Shown: positions 26,037 to 32,000 of the stretch, piece by piece
Layout: each line of letters starts with the position of its first letter
Position numbering within the stretch: position 1 is the stretch's first letter
DNA from: an archaeon
GTDB lineage: Archaea; Undinarchaeota; CAZHTU01; JBDRCC01
Reading direction: 5' to 3'
Length of the DNA: 32,000 nucleotides
Assembly: GCA_043822065.1 (NCBI GenBank)
Contig: JBDRCC010000007.1
Location: 22,539-54,538 of the forward strand
Program-made: the position numbers and the translations under genes
Notes under the pieces: model-generated
The model's database searches: none
What the model was told of the DNA's origin: nothing
Seen by the model: the letters and a program-made list of their open reading frames with translations, nothing else

Positions 26037-26157
26037 GACATCCTATGTGCTTTTTATTCCAAAGAAACAAAAACCCGTTTCCTTGGCACCTCTTTTTACG
26101 CGGTTTAGTTGAAACCTAAATAAAAGAATAAGAACTAGATGTTCTTTACTCACAAAT

Positions 26158-26805
26158 ATGTGGCCGTTCAAGAAGGACAAGAAAACCGAAATAGAAAAAC
26201 GGAAGAAGACGCTCGAAAAGAAAAAGGCGAAAATTGACAAGAAAAAGAAGGACGCTGCCGAAAAGTCAAAAACGCCGAAGGTAAAGGGCGGCAAAGAGCC
26301 CCCTGCTGCAAAGATGGGGGGCGTCGCCGACCGGCTTGAGCGCGGGCTTGAGCAGCTCGAGAAGCTTGGCGAGGAGGAATATTACCAGCCGGACTCCAAG
26401 CCATACGAGTTCCGGTTTGGTCAGGGGATTGTCAACCTTAATGTGCGCGGCAAGACGCTAGCCGACCTGTTCGAGAACGCAGCCGAAGCCATGTTTGGCG
26501 TAATGGTCGACCTCAACCAGATCGAGGCTGTGGACTCTAAGACCGTTGAAGTCGAGTCGGCGTATCCTGCGGACATGCTGAAGGCGTGGCTCGACAGCCT
26601 GCTATTCCACTACGGCGTGGACTATCTTATCTTCAGCGACTTTGATGTCAAAATAACCGGCAACAAGCTTACTGGAACGGCTACCGGCGAGGAGCTTGAC
26701 AGCAAAATGCATGAAAAGAAATGCGAGGTCAAAAACATACTCAAGGACGTGCAAATCGAGCAAAAAAGGAACGGTTTTGAGGCGAAATTGTCCCTCGAAA
26801 TATAA
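26158..26805 (+). CDS. Archease-like protein, divergent, with Lys-rich N-terminal extension
   Basis: The C-terminal ~140 aa (YEFRFGQGIVNLNVRGKTLADLFENAAEAMFGVMVD...WLDSLLFHYGVDYLIFSDFDVKI...LTGTATGEEL...EVKNILKD...AKLSLEI) are collinear with archease as I recall it (F-DHTADIG--A-G-TLEE-FENAA-AMF--M-D ... EVKAVTYH ... DI). Confidence 0.65.
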   Translation: MWPFKKDKKTEIEKRKKTLEKKKAKIDKKKKDAAEKSKTPKVKGGKEPPAAKMGGVADRLERGLEQLEKLGEEEYYQPDSKPYEFRFGQGIVNLNVRGKTLADLFENAAEAMFGVMVDLNQIEAVDSKTVEVESAYPADMLKAWLDSLLFHYGVDYLIFSDFDVKITGNKLTGTATGEELDSKMHEKKCEVKNILKDVQIEQKRNGFEAKLSLEI

Positions 26806-26827
26806 TTGCCGCCCCTCGATGAAAACC

Positions 26828-26835
26828 TTTATAAA
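26828..26835 (+). promoter_or_regulatory. TATA box (TTTATAAA) of the L3 operon
   Basis: It predicts a TSS near 26858 and a leader of about 50 nt before rpl3. Confidence 0.5.
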
Positions 26836-26909
26836 TGAGGGCACTAAATATGTTGTCACCCTCGAGGGAATCGAGCGGTTTTTTCGATTTATCATATCGA
26901 GAATAGACT

Positions 26910-27902
26910 ATGACTAGATGGAAGGGTAAGCCCCGTGCGGGCTCTCGTGCATACAGCCCTAGGAAGAGGGCAGCATCGCAGTCAGCTCGCGTTAGGTCCT
27001 GGCCCGTTTCTGTGAAGTCCGAGAAGCCAGTTTTCCTTGCCGGCTTTGCAGGCTACAAGGCAGGGATGACCCACTGCTTTGCCATCGACAATCGAAAGGA
27101 TTCCCATTCGTCCGGCAAAGAAATCATGCTCTCCTGCACAGTCCTTGAAACCCCACCTCTTGTTCTCTTCGGCGCCCGTGCGTACAAGAAAACCCCATAC
27201 GGCCTTGTCATACTCTCTGAAACCTACTCAAGTGATAACAGCAAATACGTCCTCGCCCGCGTCCGGCCTGGCAAGCCAAATGCAAACTTCGCCCAGGAGT
27301 CCGCAGGCGCATACGATATACGTGCACTTCTCCACACCCAGCCTTACAAGCTGAAGGGCGTCCCGAAAAAGGTGCCGGAAGTAATAGAGCTCGGGCTTCT
27401 CGGCTCGAACGAGGAGAAGCTCAAGTTCATCCAGGAAAAGCTCGGCAAGGAAGTGCCAGTCTCTGAGGTCCTAAGCCCAGGGCAGTTTATCGATGCCCTT
27501 GCAGTGACGAAAGGCAAGGGATTCCAGGGCAGGATAAAGCGGTTCGGCGTAAAGATGATGAAGCGCAAGCAGGCATCGCTGAAGACCAGGCGCTCAGGCA
27601 CCATCGGCGGAAGGCAGACTGGAACAAGGTGGCAGGTACCGATGCCAGGCCAGATGGGCTACCACCAGAGGTGCGAATACAACAAAAAGCTCATACTCGT
27701 CGGGAGCGAGCCCATAACCCCGAAGGGCGGGTTCATACGCTACGGCGAAGTAGTCGGGGATTACGTCCTTGTCGAAGGCTCAGTCCCAGGCCCGACGAAG
27801 CGGCTCATCACCATCCGGCACGCGCTCAGGTCGTCGCCAACTTACGCTCCAAAGCCAATCGAAATAACCTATATCAGCAGGGAGTCAAAGCAGGGAGCAT
27901 AG
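26910..27902 (+). CDS. rpl3: 50S ribosomal protein L3
   Basis: PRAGSRAYSPRKRA, FAGYKAGMTH and VTKGKGFQG. Confidence 0.95.
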   Translation: MTRWKGKPRAGSRAYSPRKRAASQSARVRSWPVSVKSEKPVFLAGFAGYKAGMTHCFAIDNRKDSHSSGKEIMLSCTVLETPPLVLFGARAYKKTPYGLVILSETYSSDNSKYVLARVRPGKPNANFAQESAGAYDIRALLHTQPYKLKGVPKKVPEVIELGLLGSNEEKLKFIQEKLGKEVPVSEVLSPGQFIDALAVTKGKGFQGRIKRFGVKMMKRKQASLKTRRSGTIGGRQTGTRWQVPMPGQMGYHQRCEYNKKLILVGSEPITPKGGFIRYGEVVGDYVLVEGSVPGPTKRLITIRHALRSSPTYAPKPIEITYISRESKQGA

Positions 27903-27903
27903 A

Positions 27904-28728
27904 ATGAAAGCAGCAGTATATTCCAAATCGGGTGCGAAGACAAAAGACATAGAGCTCCCGCGGGTTTTCAATACCGAATACCGCCCAGACCTGATAAAGC
28001 GCGCGCATCTCGCATTCATGTCCAACACCTACCAGCCGAAGGGCGCTGACCCAATGGCTGGCAAGAGGAACACTGCCGAAAACTGGGGCAAGGGCGGAGG
28101 CATCTCGAGGGTTAGGCGCATCAAGGCAGGCCCAATGCGGAAAGGGCGCGGGTCAAAGCGCTACCGTGCGAAGTTCGGAAGCTTCCACGCAGCCGGCAGG
28201 GCGGCGTTCTCGCCATGCAACGTCGGCGGATACAGGGCGCACCCCCCTAAGGTCGCCAAGATTCTCACTCTCAAGATAAACTCAAAAGAAAAGGCGTATG
28301 CAGTCAGGTCCGCAATTGCAGCCACTGCGCAGAAAGACGTTGTTTCCTCAAGGGGGCACGACATTGAAAAGCTCAAGTCGCTCCCGCTGGTTGTCGAGGA
28401 CGATTTCTCAAAGATTTCAAAATCAAAGGATGCCGTCTTGGCGCTTGCAGCACTTGGCATTATCGGAGATGTCGAAAAGTCAAAGCCAAAGAAGGTACGG
28501 GCCGGCCGCGGAAAGATGCGCGGCAGGAGATACCGCGAGAGGAAGGGCCCGCTTTTCGTGCTTGCATCAAACTCCCCTGCCTCCAAGGCGCTGAAGAACC
28601 TCGCAGGCTCAGACGTAGCCACAGCAAAATCAGTCAACATTGAGCAGCTCTCCCCTGGTGCGCACGGCGCGCGGCTAGTGGTCTGGACTGAGCAGGCGAT
28701 AAAGGAAATTGGCGAGAGGTTCAAATGA
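27904..28728 (+). CDS. rpl4: 50S ribosomal protein L4
   Basis: 274 aa with AGRAAFSPCNVGGYRAHPPK and VRAGRGKMRGRRY. Confidence 0.9.
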   Translation: MKAAVYSKSGAKTKDIELPRVFNTEYRPDLIKRAHLAFMSNTYQPKGADPMAGKRNTAENWGKGGGISRVRRIKAGPMRKGRGSKRYRAKFGSFHAAGRAAFSPCNVGGYRAHPPKVAKILTLKINSKEKAYAVRSAIAATAQKDVVSSRGHDIEKLKSLPLVVEDDFSKISKSKDAVLALAALGIIGDVEKSKPKKVRAGRGKMRGRRYRERKGPLFVLASNSPASKALKNLAGSDVATAKSVNIEQLSPGAHGARLVVWTEQAIKEIGERFK

Positions 28729-28982
28729 AGCCATACGACGTACTAATCAAGCCGCTGGTAACTGAAAGGGCAATCGACCAGATTGAGAAGCAGAACAAGC
28801 TGCACTTCCTTGTGAAGTCCTCTGCCACCAAGAAGGATATCGCGGCGGCCGTTGAGAGCCTTTACAAGGTCAAGGTCCACTCAGTAAACGTACAGATAAA
28901 GTTTGGCATCAAGAAGGCATACGTCCGCCTTGCGCCGGAGAATTCCGCCGCAGATGTGGCAGCCAAGCTAGGGATAGTATAA
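28725..28982 (+). CDS. rpl23: 50S ribosomal protein L23
   Basis: 85 aa with LIKPLVTERA and TKKDIAAAVESLYKVKV. ATGA overlap with rpl4. Confidence 0.9.
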   Translation: MKPYDVLIKPLVTERAIDQIEKQNKLHFLVKSSATKKDIAAAVESLYKVKVHSVNVQIKFGIKKAYVRLAPENSAADVAAKLGIV

Positions 28983-29677
28983 TGGGAAAACGAATCATCT
29001 CTCAGAGGCGCGGGAAGGGAAGCCCAGCATACAGGTTCCCAAGCCACCGCAGCAAGGGCATGATAGCCCTCGCACCCCTCTCTAACCAGGATGCGTTCGT
29101 CGTCGAGGACATTTTCCACAACCAGGCGCATTCGACCCCGCTCGCAAGAATCGTGTCACAAAGCGGGTTCAAGACGCTCATACCTGCCGCAGAGGGAATG
29201 TACGTCGGGCAGAAGCTCGTTGGCGTCCAGCCGGGCGTTCCGATGACGATGCGGGACATACCTGTCGGCAAAAACGTATACAACATCGAGCTCAGCCCTG
29301 GCGACGGCGGAAAGCTCATGCGGAGCAGCGGGACCTCTGCACGGTTCGTCGCAATAGAAGGCAAGACTGCAGTCCTCCGCCTTCCGTCAGGCAAATTCAA
29401 GAACATTTCGCTCAACTGCCGCGCAATAATCGGCACAGCCGCTGGCGGCGGCAGGCGCGACAAGCCGCTGGTCAGGGCAGGCAACGCATACTATAAATAC
29501 AAAGCAAGGAACAAGCTCTGGCCGAGGACTTCTGCGCTGCACATGAATGCAGTCGACCACCCATTCGGTGGAGGCAGGCACCCGCACACAGGCAAGCCTG
29601 AGACGACTTCAAAGAATGCGCCTCCGGGACGGAAAGTAGGATACATCGGCGCCAGGCGGACGGGACACAAACGATAA
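28982..29677 (+). CDS. rpl2: 50S ribosomal protein L2
   Basis: MGKRIISQRRGKGSPAYR, GDGGKLMRSSGTSA and MNAVDHPFGGG. Confidence 0.95.
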   Translation: MGKRIISQRRGKGSPAYRFPSHRSKGMIALAPLSNQDAFVVEDIFHNQAHSTPLARIVSQSGFKTLIPAAEGMYVGQKLVGVQPGVPMTMRDIPVGKNVYNIELSPGDGGKLMRSSGTSARFVAIEGKTAVLRLPSGKFKNISLNCRAIIGTAAGGGRRDKPLVRAGNAYYKYKARNKLWPRTSALHMNAVDHPFGGGRHPHTGKPETTSKNAPPGRKVGYIGARRTGHKR

Positions 29678-30054
29678 TGGCAAAGGAATTCACATACCGC
29701 GGAAAGACACTTGCAGAGCTCCAGTCCATGGATATCTCTGAATTTGCAAAGCTCGCGGACTCGCGCGCACGCAGGCGCCTGCTTGCGATGCCCGAGGTGG
29801 ACAAGAAGCTCCTTAGGAAGATCCGCAAGGCATCAAAGCCGGTACGGACGCACCTTCGGGATATGGTAGTTGTCCCAGAGATGGTCGGCAAGGTACTCAT
29901 GATTTACAACGGGAAAAGCTTCGAGCGGGTCGATATCCAGCCTGACATGGTTGGGCACCGCCTCGGCGAGTTTTCCATGACGCGGCCAAGGGTCAAACAC
30001 TCGGCTCCGGGCATAGGCGCAACTAGGAGCAGCAAATACGTCTCACTCAAATGA
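29677..30054 (+). CDS. rps19: 30S ribosomal protein S19
   Basis: FTYRGKTLAEL, VPEMVGKVLMIYNGKSF and HRLGEFSMTR. Confidence 0.95.
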   Translation: MAKEFTYRGKTLAELQSMDISEFAKLADSRARRRLLAMPEVDKKLLRKIRKASKPVRTHLRDMVVVPEMVGKVLMIYNGKSFERVDIQPDMVGHRLGEFSMTRPRVKHSAPGIGATRSSKYVSLK

Positions 30055-30467
30055 AACTGAAATACTGCTGTCAGACAAAGGGCGCGAAGGCGATGGGCAG
30101 GGACCTTCAGATTTCACCCAAACGGTCATACGAGGTTGCAAGGATGATCCGCGGGAAGAAGCTCGAAACCGCTAAGCGCGAGCTTGAGCTTGTCGTTGCA
30201 AAAAAGATGGCAGTCCCGCACGTCAGGTACAAGCGGAAGACCGGCCACAAGACAGGCATGATGGCTGGCAGGTACCCGGTTAAGACTGCTGCAGAATTCC
30301 TTAAGGTGCTCAAGAATGCAGAATCAAACGCCAAAGACCTGAACAAGGACAAGCTCGTGGTAAGCCACATATCCGTCCACAAGGCGAGAATCATGTACGG
30401 GCGCAAGAAAGGCTCGCCCTACAACAAGAAAACATCGCATATACAGGTGGTATTGACTGAGGCATAA
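30051..30467 (+). CDS. rpl22: 50S ribosomal protein L22
   Basis: 138 aa with ISPKRSYEVARMIRGKKLETA and GRYPVKTAAEFLKVLKNAESNA. Confidence 0.9.
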   Translation: MKLKYCCQTKGAKAMGRDLQISPKRSYEVARMIRGKKLETAKRELELVVAKKMAVPHVRYKRKTGHKTGMMAGRYPVKTAAEFLKVLKNAESNAKDLNKDKLVVSHISVHKARIMYGRKKGSPYNKKTSHIQVVLTEA

Positions 30468-31357
30468 TGGCGATAGAACGACATTTTATTGACGAGAACG
30501 TGAAGAAGCTTGTGGTCAAGAAGTTCACTGAGAAGAAGCTCGAGAGGGTCGGCTGCGGCAACGTCATGATATACCGCACCCCGCTCGGAATGCGGGTCAC
30601 CATATTCGCAGAAAAGCCAGGTCTTGTCATAGGTAGGAAAGGCAAGAGCGTACAGGAGCTAACAGACATATTCCGCGAAGACTTCAAGCTGGAGAATCCG
30701 CAGATAGAGGTTCAGCAGATAGAAATTCCTGAACACAACGCCAACCTGATGGCTCAGAGGGTCGCCTCAGCGCTTGAGCGCGGAATAGCCTTCAGGCGCG
30801 CCGCCTACTCCGTGATAAGGCGCGTAATGGCATCCGGCGCCCTTGGAATCGAAGTCATAATATCTGGCAAGCTAAGCGGCGAAAGGGCGAAGTCAGCCAA
30901 GTTCAAGGAAGGCTTCATACTTCACACCGGCGAGATATGCGACCGGGTTGTCCTGAAGGGCTACGCCGTCGCTAGGCTGAAGCCAGGTATCCAGGGCGTA
31001 CGCGTCAAGATAGTCCCGCCTGGCGTATCAGCCAAAAGCATAATCGAAAAACCGCTTCCGTCTGAGGTGCAGAAGCCGGCGGCAGAAGAGCCCGCAGCAA
31101 AGGCGCCCGCCGAGGCGTCAGCTGAGGCGCCAGAGGGAAAAGCGGCTGAACCCAAGGCGGAAGAGAAAAAAGCGCCGAAAGCCGCAGAAAGCAAGGACGC
31201 GAAGAAAGCGCCAGCTTCAGAGGAGAAATCCGAGACGACGCCAAAAGCAAAGGCTGAGAAGAAATCCAAAGAAGCGCCCGCAGCCGAGAAAAAAGTGTCA
31301 AAGGAAAAAGAGAAAAAGGCTCCGGCGAAACAAGAAACGAAGGAGTCAAAGTCCTAA
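30467..31357 (+). CDS. rps3: 30S ribosomal protein S3 with a ~100-aa Lys/Ala/Glu/Pro-rich C-terminal tail
   Basis: KH domain (VIGRKGKSVQELT), then AFRRAAYSVIRRVM and ISGKLSGERAKS. The tail starts at about 31052. Confidence 0.9.
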   Translation: MAIERHFIDENVKKLVVKKFTEKKLERVGCGNVMIYRTPLGMRVTIFAEKPGLVIGRKGKSVQELTDIFREDFKLENPQIEVQQIEIPEHNANLMAQRVASALERGIAFRRAAYSVIRRVMASGALGIEVIISGKLSGERAKSAKFKEGFILHTGEICDRVVLKGYAVARLKPGIQGVRVKIVPPGVSAKSIIEKPLPSEVQKPAAEEPAAKAPAEASAEAPEGKAAEPKAEEKKAPKAAESKDAKKAPASEEKSETTPKAKAEKKSKEAPAAEKKVSKEKEKKAPAKQETKESKS

Positions 31358-31358
31358 A

Positions 31359-31556
31359 ATGGCAATACTCAGGTCCAAAGAGATCCGGCAAATGAAGCCT
31401 GCGGAAGTTTCCGCGAAGCTTGACGAGCTGAAGCAGACGCTCATGGAAGAGCGGTCTAAGCTCACAGCCGTCGGCGCCGCTGACAACCCCGGGAAACTAA
31501 GGGAAATCAGAAGGACAATAGCTAGGGCAGAAACCATCCGGAGAGAATCCAAGTAA
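31359..31556 (+). CDS. rpl29: 50S ribosomal protein L29
   Basis: 65 aa with [29 protein letters not shown]. Confidence 0.9.
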   Translation: MAILRSKEIRQMKPAEVSAKLDELKQTLMEERSKLTAVGAADNPGKLREIRRTIARAETIRRESK

Positions 31557-31864
31557 TGCCGGAAATCTGTCAGGTCTGCGGTCTGCCAAAGGAACTCTGC
31601 ATCTGCCAGGAGCTGGCAAGGGAAAAGCAGAGAATCAAGGTCTATGTCCTGAAAAGGAAGTACGGGAAGCTCATGACCGTCGTCGAAGGCTTCGACGAAA
31701 AGGAGATAGATGCAAAAGAGCTCACAAAAGGGCTGAAGGCGAAATGCGCCTGCGGCGGGACCTTCAAGGAAGGCCACGTCGAGCTCCAAGGCGACCACAG
31801 GAACAAGGTGAAAAACCACCTCGTATCGCTCGGGTTTTCCGAGTCAATGGTCGAAGTGAGATGA
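31556..31864 (+). CDS. Translation initiation factor aSUI1 (aIF1)
   Basis: N-terminal Cys knuckle [13 protein letters not shown], then [14 protein letters not shown] and [14 protein letters not shown]. This is the conserved position after L29 in archaea. Confidence 0.9.
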   Translation: MPEICQVCGLPKELCICQELAREKQRIKVYVLKRKYGKLMTVVEGFDEKEIDAKELTKGLKAKCACGGTFKEGHVELQGDHRNKVKNHLVSLGFSESMVEVR

Positions 31865-32000
31865 GGTCGAAGGAAAACCTCCACCAGCACGAGCTCATAG
31901 GGCTCAAGGTGGAAGTTGCCGAGTCCTCTAATACGGCCCTCATGGGGCTGAAGGGAACGGTCGCGGACGAGACGAGAAACATGCTCGTCGTTGATTCCGG
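31861..32000 (+). CDS. rnp1: RNase P protein component 1 (Rpp29/Pop4 homolog), 5' part only
   Basis: [44 protein letters not shown] matches the HELIG---V-----GI-G-VVDET-N pattern. ATGA overlap with SUI1. It runs off the window. Confidence 0.8.
   Translation, partial: MRSKENLHQHELIGLKVEVAESSNTALMGLKGTVADETRNMLVVDS

Noticed and set aside
26095-26120. Fifth copy of the 37-nt repeat (TTAGTTGAAACCTAAAT)
   Set aside because: Only about 11 nt match (AGTTGAAACC). The GGGATTACA and GGCAGAGGGGA blocks are missing, and it lies about 70 nt from the upstream stop. It is probably a chance match.
26819-26917. Leader peptide/uORF upstream of rpl3 (MKTFINEGTKYVVTLEGIERFFRFIISRIDYD, or an 18-codon ORF from ATG 26850)
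   Set aside because: Both start codons lie at or upstream of the TSS predicted from the TATA box at 26828-26835, and the first ORF overlaps that TATA box. There is no SD. It would only be expressed by read-through from the archease gene.

Overview
Archaeal chromosomal segment, identified by split rpoB''/rpoB', rpoA'/rpoA'', L30e, archaeal NusA, aEF-2/aEF-1alpha, aSUI1 and RNase P Rpp29. All but three genes are on the + strand. Layout: (i) 1-9000 is an accessory region. It holds an ATP-cone gene, an ACR3 / Cys-rich membrane protein / MFS array punctuated by a 37-nt repeat, two paralogous CxxC zinc-ribbon mini-genes flanking a degraded hydrolase-like remnant, an SFM1-like SPOUT methyltransferase, small membrane proteins and a lipoprotein, and Lrp/AsnC, Toprim, GNAT-like and HExxH genes. 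(ii) 9034-9429 holds 5S rRNA, tRNA-Asp and tRNA-Lys, abutting (iii) the conserved cluster rpoB''-B'-A'-A''-L30e-nusA-S12-S7-EF2-EF1a-S10 (9462-22270). (iv) 22.3-26.9 kb is an insert with surE, three membrane proteins (two clear tandem paralogs), a Trbp111/CsaA-like tRNA-binding protein, tRNA-Ser, a PH+SHOCT membrane protein and a divergent archease. (v) 26910-32000 is the L3-L4-L23-L2-S19-L22-S3-L29-SUI1-Rnp1 operon, with start/stop overlaps typical of translational coupling. TATA-like boxes sit about 26 nt upstream of most accessory-gene start codons, so many transcripts look leaderless. I saw no CRISPR array, transposase, integrase or recognisable defence gene. The most unusual signals are the stop-codon-anchored repeat family at 443-3450, the duplicated zinc-ribbon modules with a conserved inverted repeat, the tRNA-tRNA-rpoB'' junction lacking rpoH, and the archease-like protein missing its signature motif. 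All calls rest on reading the translations and sequence by eye. No database search was possible.
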